A stretch of DNA of 64,000 nucleotides, taken from NCBI RefSeq assembly GCF_018350175.1, contig NC_058368.1, forward strand, positions 55,554,001-55,618,000, read 5' to 3'. The stretch is from Felis catus (taxonomy: Eukaryota). Position 1 is the stretch's first letter. Every line of letters begins with the position of its first letter. The position numbers and the translations under genes were made by a program. Positions 1-12,900 of this stretch are shown in pieces. Below the pieces are notes generated by a model. The model was not told the DNA's origin. It saw only the letters and a list, made by a program, of their open reading frames with translations, and searched no databases.

Positions 1-211
1 CCTAGAAGTAAACAGGACTCCTGAGACAACCTTTACTCACCACGTTTACCGGAAATAAGTTCTGGTTATTTTTCCTTTTTTTAGAACTCATAAAATTAAC
101 AACTTATTGTGTACCTTATTGCGTCTCTACAAACTTCTGAAGTGAAAGAATAATTTGTTTTTCCCAATTTTTCTGTTAAAAAAATAGACTGGATTATCTT
201 TGTTTTGAACC

Positions 212-1110
212 TTTTTTTTTTTTTTTGACCTTTATTGACAGTCATAGAGGTCCCAGCAGCACCTACCCCATCTGCCTGACCTCATTCCCTGCTGGTGAGG
301 GACAACATGAGGAGACTCTGTCAGGGTTCACAACCTGGCCTCCACACGAGGCGGGCAGAGAGAGACCCAGGCAAGGGGCAGATCATTCTAGACTAGTAAG
401 TGGCAGTAACAAGCTTGGGTGAGTAGATCTTCCGACCACCTGCCAGAATCTCAACAGTTTACACAGTGGCCTTAACCTGGAGCAGCCACGTGCATCCTCC
501 AGATGGTCTCGACAACACTTTGCTCTCTCAAGGAACGCTAAGCCCTTCAAAGCAGCTTTCACTGGGGAAACTGGCGGGGAGGAGCCTCAAATTGCCCGGA
601 TCTAGCTCGGGGAGCAACCGGCAGTCACGTGCTCCTGATGGCGTCCTGCAACAACTCCCTCAGTCGCCTGGCGGGAAGCGCTTCCCCACAGCGCGCGGGT
701 GAGAGCGGCCTCAGCGAAGTCCAGAGTGGAGCTAAACCGGCACCAGCTTTCCCCACAACCTGAGTGAGAGCAGGGCCAGGACCGCAACCTGGAGGGCTCC
801 ACACGGGGGTTTTCTTGCCACCCAGAGCCAGTGGAGAGTGAGACCCAGTGAGGGTCTCACCCTCGAGTCTGTGAGAGAAGGCAGGCCCCTGGCAGGAGGA
901 AGAGAAGCACAGACAGACCTGCTGGGGCTGATGCAAGGAAGGGAGCTGCGTAGGCGGCCCCCTCCTACCTGTGGCCGGTGGGCTGCCCTTGCCTCGGTGG
1001 TCCTTACGGTCTGAGGCGCGGCCTTGGTCAGTTTCCCGGCTTTTCTCTCGAGGACGCTGTGCGCAGTAGAGGACCTCTCCCGGATCTTGAGGTAGGCGGC
1101 TTTCGTCATT
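212..1110 (-). pseudogene. Probable processed (retroposed) mRNA 3' fragment, parent gene not identified
   Basis: Abrupt GC/CpG-rich block in AT-rich DNA; on minus strand ends AATAAA (231-236), GGTC, A15 (T-run 212-226). No TSD found; the 125 aa and 179 aa ORFs are not recognised; right boundary approximate. Confidence 0.55.
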
Positions 1111-2479
1111 AATCTCTTTCAGACAGATTTCACACAAAGACAGAAATGTGAACAAATTGGGCATTTATGAATAACTCGCCAAAGAAAACCTGTGATTAAA
1201 AAAAAAAAAAAGCAGGAAGGGCTCAGGATTAAATATCCTGAGGCTGGAATTCCAGTTTAAACACTTGGCACTACTAAAAGTTTTTACTTCAGTGTCTTGG
1301 TGGCCCTTCCACGAAGGAAAGACAGTACCTATTTATCTCAAACATTTGATTGAGGAAGAAAGAAAGATTACAGAACAGTTCTGGCCCGTAAAAGAATGTG
1401 AAAATACAAACTAGCATTCCTTATGCTTCTGAGAAAAAGTGCCTTTCTGGGATAGGTTAACTTCATTCCAGAGACTTAGGCGCTGAGAGAATTGTGCTTT
1501 GTAAAGGCTTCTGTGATTGTGTGTGTGTGTAGTTTAACATTTTAAATTGTTTGCTGCTTCCTTTGTCCCCATCTTAGTCCTGACTGCAGTAATTGAACTA
1601 CATTATGCTATGTTAAAAATGAATTTAAATTTATTTGTAGTGCCTTACAAGCATAAAGTAATATTCTGTGTTCACTCAATTATTCTGAATATTACTTCAA
1701 GAATATATTTTCCCTTTCATGTTTTGTGGTTTTAAAAGTAAATGAAAAGCAAGCTTCAATTTGGCGCACATCAGGATAATTGAAACTAACAATCCCATTT
1801 AATGAATTTTTACCTGGAAGAGTATAATGCATGGAAATAAAAATCAAACATGACTATTTACCGAGTGATATAAGGTTAGGCATATTATATTTTTGTTAAA
1901 TGTAAATATGCAAGTAAATTAGGACCACTATTATGTGTTATGCTTTTGAGAGCCTAGGCTGAAATCAATAGAAACATTATGAAAATGTTAAGTTAATTAA
2001 GATTATAAATTACCTTGCTGCAAAATTGAGATTTTTTTTTCCTGTAATTACTCCCTCAAGTGTTTCTTTTCACCCTTATCTTGAAGAGAATTTGCAAAAA
2101 TGGTAAAAAACAATCCATTTCTGGAGGGGATAAACAAAAAATTGTGTGTGTTTCAGACAGAAGGAAAGAGAGGTAAAGCATTTTACCTTCTAGGTTTTAA
2201 TAAAAATGTGTTGCTTTAATGTCTTTATTGTGTTATTAAATGGGTGAATGCCAAAATAAATATGCTGCAAATTCCTCCTACTAAAATACTATCAGAAATG
2301 TTAAATAAAATCAAATGAAATTCCTCTTTAACATTTAAGTATAGCATACATGCGGTAAATTGCATGCATCGTATGCGGATACAAATTGCTTTCACGACTT
2401 TAATAGACCGTACATTAAAGCTCAGAGCTCCTGTCATGTGCCACTTGGTCACTCTCTAAAGTATCTTTTCAAGGGTAAG

Positions 2480-3530
2480 TGCTAGTGCTGTTTTCTCTTT
2501 TTAACATACATTGCTAGTTTTGCCTGGTTTTGTAATTTTATATAAATGGACCATAGAGTGTATATGATTTTGTGTTACTTTTTCTCATTCATTATTGTTT
2601 GTGAGATCCCTTTATTTGTTCTTCCTGGTAGTTGAATTTCCTTTGTTTACATTGTTCCATAGTATTCTTTAGAATTAATAAACACAGTCTTTTTATTTCA
2701 TATATAGCAGGCATTTGGATTTGTTTTAGTTTGGGACAATTGCATGAATTTGATATGTGTGTGCATGCAACCCTGTGAGGTATACATCCCAGGGTACAAG
2801 TGCTTGTCATATTGCATGTGTATGTTGAGCTTTAGTAGATATGGTAAAAACATTTTCTACTCTCAGAAGTAGTGTCTGAGAGTTCTGATTGCTTCATTTC
2901 TTTGTTACCATTTGGTATTCTTGGGCTTTTATATTTTAGCCATGCAGAGCTGTGGTGGTGATTGTTTCACTTGGCATTTCTATGATGAGCAATATGGTTT
3001 AGCATCTTTCCATAAATGAGTTTATTGCTTATTTGTATATCTTTTTTTAATTGCCTGCTTAAATATTTTGACCATTTATATAGCAAGTTGGGTGATTTTC
3101 TTTTACTAATTTGTGCTTTCTTTATATATACTGGATATGAAAACCATAGATGTTCTTAGTTATATATTTTAAATGTAATTTTCCATTCTGTGGTTTGCTT
3201 TCTAACTCAAAGGTTCCTTCTAATAAGCAGATGTTCTCACTGTGATGGAAATCTTCTTTGTAAATCTTTTCTCTTAGGATTGTTGGGTTTGGTGACTGTT
3301 AAAAGAGCTTTTGCTTTCCCTATCGGAGGGGTTGGGGTGTGTGTATGTGTGTGTGTGTGTGTAAAATCATCTAGAAATTTTAATACATTAATTTTTTTAT
3401 GTTTGATAACTCCACCTGAATATTTCTGAATGCTGTTAGATAGTTGTTTCGTTTTGTACATATGGATATAACCCAGTGTCTTTGGAGATGGCTTTTTTAT
3501 ATCAGAAGATTTGTAATAATGAAATAAGCT
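2480..3530 (-). mobile_element. Ancient LINE-1 (L1M-type) fragment
   Basis: T-rich degenerate L1 antisense motifs (gtggtgattgtttcacttggcatttctatgatgagc, agcatctttcc); boundaries approximate. Confidence 0.55.
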
Positions 3531-3533
3531 CAC

Positions 3534-3991
3534 TATGGTAGACTGAATAGTGGCCTTCCAAACAATATTTATGCCTAGATCCTTGGGACCTGTGAATATT
3601 ATTTTATATGGGGGAAGAGTACTGAAGAGATAATTACATTAAGGACTTTGAGATGAAGACATTATTGTGGATTATCTGGATACTTACTAACTTCAATTAC
3701 TTGCATCCTTATAAGGGAGGCAGTAGAAGATTCCATAAGATCAGAAGAATAGGAAGAGACAGTGTGACCACAGAGATACAGATTGGAATGATGTGACCAT
3801 AGGCAAAGCCACCAGGGCAGCCACTTAAAGTCTCAGAATGGACCGTGGCCCTGCTGATACACACTGATTTTAGCACAGTGATACAGATTTTGGAATTTTA
3901 GCCTCAGGAGCTATGAGAGAATAACTTTCTGTCATAGTTAAGCCACCAAGATTGTGACAATTTGCCACAGCTGCCATAGGAAACTAATACA
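3534..3991 (+). mobile_element. MaLR solo LTR (MLT1D-like)
   Basis: Starts tatggtagactgaatagtggcc, contains gggacctgtgaatat, ends ggaaactaataca, as in MLT1 LTRs. Confidence 0.8.
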
Positions 3992-4834
3992 ACAATCAAC
4001 TTCTATCATTTTTTTCTTAATATTTATTTAAGAATATTTTGGGAGATTTAAATTACGTGACTGTTTTATAACTCTGGGACTTGTCTATATGGCTATCTTG
4101 AGAAGCCATACCTCATAGATCTGATGTTCTGTTTACTCTAGAAAATCCTTGGCCAGCAACACTGCTAAGGGTGTTCCAGAGACATGATTTCTGCTTTCTC
4201 GAGAATATCATTAATCTGCTTACTCAAAGGAGGTTTAGTTGACAAAGCTATTTACCCAATTGCTTGACTTTCCTTTTTTCCTAGCATTATCACCTCATTA
4301 AAAAATAATAGACTTTGGCCAGTTACTTTAAATCTTCTTCCTCTACTTTTAATTCCAAAGTTGTAAAGTAATTTTTGTGAATCACTGTTGATTTTACGAT
4401 ATTTTTCTGCATATCTTAAGATGATAATTTTTTTCCTGTTATTGTGCTTAACTGCACTAACTGTCAAGCATTAGCTAACCTTGCATTCTTGAAAAAATGT
4501 AGCATGCTTGTGAATATTTTCCTATATATGTATTTAAGATTTTAATGAGTGAAATTTCCATTTTTTATTTCTAAATAATATTTTATCCTCTTTATTATGA
4601 TTAGCAGTTCTTACTTTATAAAGCTTTACAGTGAGCAACCTCTGTCTTTGTTTTTGTTTTATGTTTGCTTTTAATTCTGTGTATTTCTGCTTTCATATTT
4701 AATATGTAAACCTTTGTAATGCTTATACTATGGCTGGGCAAAATGACTTACTGATATATACCTTGAAGGGTTGGAATTCTTGCTTATCTGCACCATGAAA
4801 TACATAATGTATGTTTTCAACTGCTTTAATTGAA

Positions 4835-5580
4835 TTTCTTTTATTTTGGTGAGAACTTTTAATACAAGATCTATTCTCTTACCAAATTTTTAAAAAGTTT
4901 ACTTATTTATTTTGAGACAGAGAGAGAGCAAGCAGAAGAGGGGCAGAGAGAGAGGGGGAGAGAAGATCCCAAGCAGACTCCACGCTGTTAGTGTGGAGCC
5001 TGACATGGGGCTTGAACTCACAAAACATGAGATCATGACCTGAGCCAAAGTCAAGAATCAGATGCTTAACTGAGCCACCCAGGCACCCCTCTCTTACCAA
5101 AATTTTAAGTGTAAATGTACTATCATTAACTATAGGTATGATATTGTATGGTAGATCTCTAGAACTTATTCATCTCGCATAACCAAACTGTATAATCATT
5201 GAATAGCAATTTCCCATTACCGCCTCTCCCCAGCTCCTAGTAACCACTGTTCTATTCTCTGCTTCTATGAATTTGACTCTGTTATACGAATATCTCATGT
5301 AAGTGCAATATTTGGCTTATTTCACTAGCATAATGTTACCTAGGTTCATCCATGTTGCTGCATATGTCAGGATTTTTTTCCTTTTTAAGGTTGATTAATA
5401 TTCCACAGTATGCCACATTTTCTTTACCTTTAATCCATTGGTGGATATCTAGATTATTCCCATATCTTGGCTATTGTGAACAGTGCTGCAATAAACATAT
5501 GTGTGCAAATATATCTTCAAGATCCAGATTTTAGGGTTTTTGGATAAATACCCAGAAGTGGGTTTGCTGATTATAATAGC
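4835..5580 (-). mobile_element. LINE-1 3' end (L1MA-like), interrupted by a SINE
   Basis: agatctctagaacttattcatct, ggttcatccatgttg, atatcttggctattgtgaacagtgctgcaataaac, atacccagaagtggg. Confidence 0.8.
4891..5089 (-). mobile_element. Carnivore SINE (SINEC)
   Basis: Reverse head tgagccacccaggcacccc, (AG)n linker, T-rich tail; TSD CTCTTACCAAA(A)TTTT at 4876 and 5091. Confidence 0.95.
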
Positions 5581-5769
5581 CATTTAAAAAGAAAATGTTA
5601 AAGTAACCATTAATAAGAAAATTGATAAGTAAATTGTGGTATATTCATGCAATAGAATAGAATACATCAGTATAAAAAACAATGAAATATGGTAGTTGTG
5701 TTGTAACATGGGTGCCTATAAAAAATCTTGAATGAAAAGAACAAGCTGTGAAAGAATATGTAAAGTAGG

Positions 5770-6233
5770 TGTATTACTTGTCTTTTGCTGTCATAACAAA
5801 TTACAACAAGCTTAGTGAATTAAAACAACACTAGTTATCTCACAGTTCTTTTGGTTAGAAATTTCTGCACAGTTAAAATTCTTAACTGTATTAAAATCAA
5901 AGAATCTGCAGGGCTATAAGAATCTCTGAATGCACCAAAGGAGAATCTATTTTGTTGCTTTTTCCAGCTTCTGGAGATTGCCTCATTCCATGGCTCATAA
6001 TCCTTTTTCCATTTTTGTAGGTAGGAGTATAACAGCTTACTTACCTTTATCTCATCACATCTTTCACCATTGTAGGGAAAGGACTGCTTCCAAGCACTAA
6101 CAATTAAATTTGGCCTACCAGGATATTCTGTGTTAACTTGCCCATTGTAACTTTAATCACATCTGCAAAGTTCCTTTCTCCAGGCTTTAAGGATTCTCGT
6201 TTGGACACCTGTTTGTGCCATAGTTCTACTACA
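5770..6233 (-). mobile_element. MaLR solo LTR (MLT1-like) within an old L1 fragment
   Basis: tgtatta...ataacaaattacaacaagcttagtgaattaaaacaacac...actaca; degenerate 5-bp TSD GTAGG (5765) / ATAGG (6234). Confidence 0.75.
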
Positions 6234-6853
6234 ATAGGATGCTATTCATGCAAAGTTCCAAGACATGTACAACTTAGTAATATGTGTCTGAAGGAAACAC
6301 CAATATGAAGCAGAGCTGTAATACTAAAAAAAAAAAAAAGAAATAAGAACAGCATTCAGAATAGTGTTTATCTTAGTTATCTTAGAGTAGGAAAGAGAGG
6401 ACTAGTTATGCAGTTGGAAGGAAAACAAAAACCAAATTCTATTTCTTAAGCTGGATGAATGGTACATAGTTTGCTTTATAATTCTATATATCTTATATGT
6501 ACTTCATTAGAGTATACAAATGAATATAGTGAATATTTTATAATTAAAATTACAAAATTAGTAATAGAAACCACCGATTTGATTAAAGACATGTGGAACA
6601 AATCTGAGAGCAATTATAAAAACCAAACCAAACAAACCAAAACTAGAAAATCTTTGCTTAAAGTTATCTTATAATTATACAAGGTTGTACAGTATTAAGG
6701 GGACAAAACTCAGAAATTGAAGTATAGATATGCAAGTCCAGCATTTGGAGACAGTTTACACCTGGAGAGCATTATTTATTAACATTAAGTTAAAGAAACA
6801 AAAATAATGCTCATGTATACAAAATAAGACAACAATATGAAAGCAAACAAAAA

Positions 6854-7070
6854 TTTAAAAAAATGTTTTAATGTTTGTTTTTGAGAGAAAGCGAGACACA
6901 GTGTGAGCAGGGGAGGGGTACAGAGAGAGGGAAACACAGAATCCGTAGCAGGCTCAAGGCTCTGAGGTGTCAGCATAGAGCCTGATGATGGAGGGCTGGA
7001 ACTCAAGAGCTGTGAAATCATGACCTGAGCTGAAGTCAGACATTTAACTGACTGAGCCACCGAGGTGCCC
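6854..7070 (-). mobile_element. Feline SINE (SINEC_Fc)
   Basis: Reverse head actgagccaccgaggtgccc, tgacctgagctgaagtcaga, T-rich tail. Confidence 0.93.
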
Positions 7071-7199
7071 TAAGAGAAAAACTTTTAAAAAACTGAGAAA
7101 GAAGAAAACTTTACTTTCAAAGGTATAGGAAGACTCACTTGTCATAAAAAATACTAGCCAGAAGACTATGGAATACTATATTCAATGAGCTGGTTTAAA

Positions 7200-7413
7200 T
7201 TTTTTTTTTTCAACATTTATTTATTTTTGGGACAGAGAGAGACAGAGCATGAACGGGGGAGGGGCAGAGCAAGAGGGAGACACAGAATCGGAAACAGGCT
7301 CCAGGCTCTGAGCCATCAGCCCAGAGCCCGACGCGGGGCTCGAACTCACGGACCATGAGATCGTGACCTGGCTGAAGTCGGACGCTTAACCGACTGCGCC
7401 ACCCAGGCGCCCC
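7200..7413 (-). mobile_element. Young feline SINE (SINEC_Fc)
   Basis: CpG-rich near-consensus body; TSD A(A/G)TGAGCTGGTTTAAA at 7184-7199 and 7414-7429. Confidence 0.97.
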
Positions 7414-7754
7414 AGTGAGCTGGTTTAAAATAATTGCCAGTTTGGAATTAAGTAACCAGTAAAAATACTCTTTAGCAGTAATGTTATAACAAAGATAATG
7501 TTTACACTGTAATGATTGAGACAATAATTATTTCAGTTTGAGCCATGATGCTTCATTGTTATATATAAGTGTTATACATTTATACATAACCTTCTACATT
7601 TATGCAATGTGCCTTAATGAAAGAGTTGTATTTTGCAGTAAAAATACCCTATCTCTTAAATGTATGATTTTTTTTGTACTTAAGATCTTTGATTATTAAT
7701 TTCCCTCCGTAAAACCAAAATCATTATAGAGTAGAAGCTGGTGAACTTTGTTGC

Positions 7755-8295
7755 GCACCATGTACCACAAAACTTAGTAGCTTTAAACAATATGAAACTA
7801 TTATTTCTCACAATTGTATGGATCAACTGGATGGTTATTCTGGTTAGCTTGGCTTACTCATATATTTGTGCTGAGTGGCAGATTGGTTGTTGAACACTAT
7901 ACTGAATGTAGTGCGGCTATAATTGGGAATAGGCAGGCTGATCAGGCTGATGATCTAAGATAGTTTGGCAGGAGAATTTGGCTCTCCTCTGTGTGATCTC
8001 ACATCTTCCTTCATCATAGGAGTGAAGTGATTCTGCTTTCTACTGGTTCTACTGGAGTGATTATGTTCCTCATGAGGAAAAGTTAGAGAAAATGCACCAG
8101 GCCTCTTGAAGTCTAGGCTCAAATCAGACACAATGGCGTTTGCATCACATTCTCTTGGGCAAAGCAGGACATGAGGATAGCCTAAATTCAGAGAAGAAAA
8201 TTACCTCTACCATGTGATGGTATGAAAGTAATTTTACCTTGCAAAGGGTTGAACATGAGGAATGGAGAATTGAAGAAACTTCTGCAGTCAGTATG
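7755..8295 (-). mobile_element. Old MaLR LTR (MLT1-type)
   Basis: accacaaaacttagtagctttaaacaa...attatttctcacaatt; cacattctcttgggcaaagcag. Confidence 0.6.
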
Positions 8296-10424
8296 CCAAA
8301 AATGATCTTACTTTATGGCATTTCTAGCAAAGTGAAATTAAAGGTGCACTACACAGCGTAGGCAATGTATTTTTGAGCAATAAAGATGGCTTTATGATAT
8401 AATCACAGTAGATGCATAGATTTAAGGGACTAAGTGAAGGCACTCACTTTCCTATATACCAACAATGATCAACATAGAATTTGAAATTAGAAGTCCAATG
8501 CCATTTACACTAACAACACTCAGAATGAAATGCCTATGTTTGAATCTAGTCGCTGCACATTACCTTACCATGGTAGATTTCCTTACCCTCTGATTTTCCG
8601 TTGGGTTCAGCATTGCAAAAAACCTCAACAGGATGCTAGAAGACAGATGGAGAAATACATTAGAGATATATTCTTGTTCCCTGCATTGTCATTATTCTAG
8701 CAATTACTGTGTTTGATTAATGTCACATGGTCACTTGCCTTTGGACCCACAAAATCTGGTAACACCATTGTCTTCCCTTTTCCCTTCAGGCCTGTGGGTA
8801 TAATGGCTTCTTACTAAAGCCACTTCCAGAGTGTTTCATCAAATCCCTGTGATGGTTTAAACCTGTACACAGCTCTTTAAATTCTGCTTTCATTAAACAC
8901 TCATCAAGTAATCCTTAATTTAAATTAATCATTTTTTATTGACAATTGTAATTGAACACATTTTAAAGCAGTTATTTGAATAATTGACATATAAGAAACT
9001 TAGAAATCAGGTTATTTAAACGTGAATATTTTCCTTAAATGCAGGGATGAAGCGTGATTTTAAATGTAAATACTAAGTGTGATTCACATGCCTTCTATTT
9101 CTTTGTGTCTATTTTTTGTTGTTGTTATTTTAGGCTCTATTATAAGTAATAAAGAAACAACATTTGGGAGTGTTTTTACTTCTAGAGAAAAATTGAAAAT
9201 CTTTTCATTTTTAACTTTGAAAATGTAGATGTAATTCTTAGAAAACTAAAGAAATCAGAAATACCACAGAAAATGTGAAGACTTGTTTTTATACAGGTTA
9301 AGTAGTGGCAGAAGTCTAAAATCTGTTAAATTGCGGTTAGAGTATAATTTAATTCTAAATAGTTGAGAATTTTTCTTAGTATTCTTTACTTTGCCCACTG
9401 AAAATGACTAAAATTGAATTGCTATTCATAAAATTTGCAAGAAATTCAGATAAAGCCTGAACATTTTGACCTTCAGTAAAAGGATTGGAAGAAAACTGAT
9501 TTTTGCAAAGAATCAAACAAAATTTACTTTAATGAAAAAGAAATAGCATGAAAAGGAACATAGGACATTTGCAGTTGATAAAAGGCAGGCTATTTCTATT
9601 TTTGCTCTATGAAGTAAACTTGTAACATTGTTAATGCTTCATGCAGAGAAATTTTCTCTTTTTCAATATAATTGTGAAATAGTAGCAATTCATTTGGACA
9701 TACAGTGAAAGATAAGTCTTAGCAACATCAAAATAATTTTAATAAAAATTTTAGTGCAATGGAGGTAATGAGCAATTAATAAGATATTGAGTATAAACTT
9801 GTTAATTTCAGCAGCAAACTTGTAAACTGCAGCACCATAAACTATTTCTTACTTTTTATTGTACATGTAAATATTAATCGCACAGTAATTATAGAACATT
9901 AGCAACTTAGAAGAAATACAGATACTAGGAATATCTTTTTTGATCAAGCGCAATTAATATTAAACAATGTAGCACAGTAAATACATATTTTTAGAAAAGG
10001 CCTCCAGACCCAAGCCCAAGCTTCTGTTCCCTATTCTGTGACACTGAGGCTAGGATATTGTGAGGTGGCTTCCTGGAGTTTATATCAATAGGGAGATAAG
10101 GGAGAAACCATATAGGAGCAGATGAGAGAAAAGATTTTCTTATTGTTTTGCTAATTTTTCCTGTCAGCAAGAAACATTTCTTTACATCAGCTATAGCAGA
10201 TGGATTCAAATTTCAGCTAAAACATATTTAAAATCGAAAATTAATAAATAAAATATTGTGAAACAAAATCTTATACTACATAGAGTAAATCTCACTTTAT
10301 CATGATTAAAGATTTTCTTAACAGTTCAATGTTGTTTTAATATTAGTACCTCTATTACTATAATATATAATATATATTATATATTATATTATATGATTAT
10401 ATCATAATAGTAGTGTAAAGAAAG

Positions 10425-11186
10425 TCTACTTCAAAACCACAGTGAGATAACACCTCACACCTATTAGGATGGCTACTATTGAAAACAACACAAAAAAAAA
10501 AAAGGGAAAAACAGAAAACAAGTATTGGCAAGAATTTGGAGAAGTTGGAAACTTTGCCATAGTTGGTGGAAACGTAATGTGGTGCAGCCACTGTGGAAAA
10601 AGTATGGTGATTCCTGAAAAAAACTAACATAGAATTATTATATGATCCAGTAAGTATACTTCTGTGTTCATGCCCTAAAGAAATAAAAACAGGAAGTTGA
10701 ATAGCTAATTGTACACCCATGTTTATAGAAGTTGTGGAAGAAACTCAAGTGTCCATTAATGGTCTCCTGTCATAAACAAAATGTGACATATACATACAAT
10801 TAAATATTATTCAGCCTTGAAAAAGGAAGGAAAATCTGACATGCTTCAACTTGGATGAATCTTGAAAACATTATTCTAAGTAAAATTAGCCTTTCACAAA
10901 AGGGCAAATATTGTATGATTCTACTTATATACTTAAAAGTATATGAAATAGTCAAATTCATTGAGGCAGAAAGTAGAATGATGGGTGCCAGGGACTGGAA
11001 GAATGAGGGAATGAGAAGTTAGTGTTTGGATACAGAGTTTTGGCTTGGGAAGATGAAAAAGTTCTAGAGATGGATGGTGATGATAGTTGCATATTAATGT
11101 GAGTGTATTTAATGCTACCAAATTGTACACTAAAAAAGTTAAAATGGTACATTTTATGTTATGTGTATTTTACCACAATAAAAAAA
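10425..11186 (+). mobile_element. LINE-1 3' end (L1MB-like)
   Basis: Degenerate ORF2 end (aaaaccacagtgagata, gcagccactgtggaaaa) and 3' UTR ending tatgttatgtgtattttaccacAATAAAaaaa. Confidence 0.88.
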
Positions 11187-11329
11187 TCATTAAGAAAGAC
11201 ACAACTTACATGTTTTCCATAGAAAAAAGACTCTAAATAATTAAATACACATTGTTAATAGTAACATTCAGGGAATAGGAATTGAAAAATCTTTCCTTAA
11301 CAGTATAAAACATATTTCTAATGCCTGAA

Positions 11330-12900
11330 TCTTGATTATAGTTGAAAAACAAGTGATACCTCTACTAAGACTAGGTACAAAACAAGAATGTCCATTACTT
11401 CTACAGTGAACACTACTGGAGGTATTACTGCAATTAGACAAGAAATATCAGAGTTTTAGAATAAGAAAAGAGATATAATTCTATTTTCAGATGATATAAA
11501 ACATTGAATTTGAGAACCAATTATATGTATAACACAAGAAACAAACAGCTAAGGTAGAAGGTCAAAAAATTAATATAAATTAGGTTCACATAGACCCATA
11601 TAATAACCAGCTAGAAGATAAACTTGTTGAAATAAAAACTGTATTTATAATACCCAACGAGAAACAAAAATCCTTAGAAATAAACCTAAAATAGATGGAC
11701 AAGGTCTTTATGAGGAAGATATAAAAACATAGGAAAAAGACCAAAGGGTAGACTTTCAACATATAGAAAGGCATCTCTAATTTTTGCATAAAGGATTAAC
11801 TATTCTAAAGATGTCAGTTCTAAGTTAATTTGTATAGTTAATATAATTCTGGTAAAAATACAAACAAAATTGTGTACATACAAAAGTTCATACTGAAGTT
11901 CTTTGAAAATAATAACCATATATAGTACATAATTGAAAAGAATATGAGGGGAAGGGATTAAAAACATAAAGCATCTACATTAAAGTTGCACTGTCACATA
12001 GATAAGATAATCAGAGCTAATTTAGGTTTAATACTAGCAAATATATACATAACAGTAGAATTGAGGGGAAATAACCCAAAATACAAAATGAATAAGCAAA
12101 TACATGAAGAGGCAGTTTACAAAAGGTTAAGGAAATATAATGGAAATGTAATGAAAACTATCCTTTTAGGGTGCCTGGGTGGCTCAGTTGGTTGAGCATC
12201 CAACTTTGCTTCAGGTCATGATCTTGGGGTTTGTGGGTTTGAGCTCCACGTCGTCGGGCTCTGTGCTGACAGCTCAGGCCTGGAGCCTCCCTTTCTCTCT
12301 GCCCCTCCCCTCCTTGCACTCTGTCTCTCTCTCTTTCTTTCTCTCTCAAAAATACTAAAAAATTGAAAAAAAATACCCTAAACAATGAAAAACTTGACTA
12401 GAAAAATAAAGGCTTATCTTGGAGAAGCTGTGGGAAAACAGACACTCTCCTGAGTTAATTCTGGGATTGTTTATACAACCCTTAATGAAGGAAATTTGCC
12501 AATATGTAGTGGAAATACATATGTTTACCTTTGAACCTGCAATCCGATTTATAGGAAATTATTTTCCAAATACACATGCAACAGTCCTTTAACTTATATG
12601 TAGTAATTATTCATTCAGCCATTGTTTATAGTTAGGAAATGTGTAAGTGATCTGTGTTCCATGCATACTTAATTGAATAAACCATGCTTCAGAAAGACAA
12701 TAAAGTCTATTGTAATTATAAAAAACATTGACAACAGTCTCTGTTAACTAACATTAAATTATATCCGGAATGTATTGCTGACTGAAAATAGCAAGAGCAA
12801 AAGTGTATATATAGTAGGGTACAGTTTGCATAAGAAAAATAAAATAAGAACATATGCATATATGTCCTCATTTTTTTCCTAATAACACAAAAAGAATAAT
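11330..12900 (+). mobile_element. Highly diverged LINE-1 ORF2-region fragments
   Basis: A-rich degenerate L1 motifs (acaaaacaagaatgtcc, gcaattagacaagaaa, aagatgtcagttct). Confidence 0.5.
12169..12373 (+). mobile_element. Feline SINE
   Basis: Head gggtgcctgggtggctcagttggttgagc, (CT)n linker, A-rich tail. Confidence 0.93.

Noticed and set aside
41..172. Minus-strand 132-nt segment between tttttttaacag| and GTG|gtgagt, with an ETS-like CCGGAAAT
   Set aside because: All three frames contain stops; no further support for a non-coding exon or promoter from sequence alone.
625..1164. 179-aa and 125-aa minus-strand ORFs as real CDS
   Set aside because: No recognisable protein; long overlapping ORFs are expected in GC-rich sequence.
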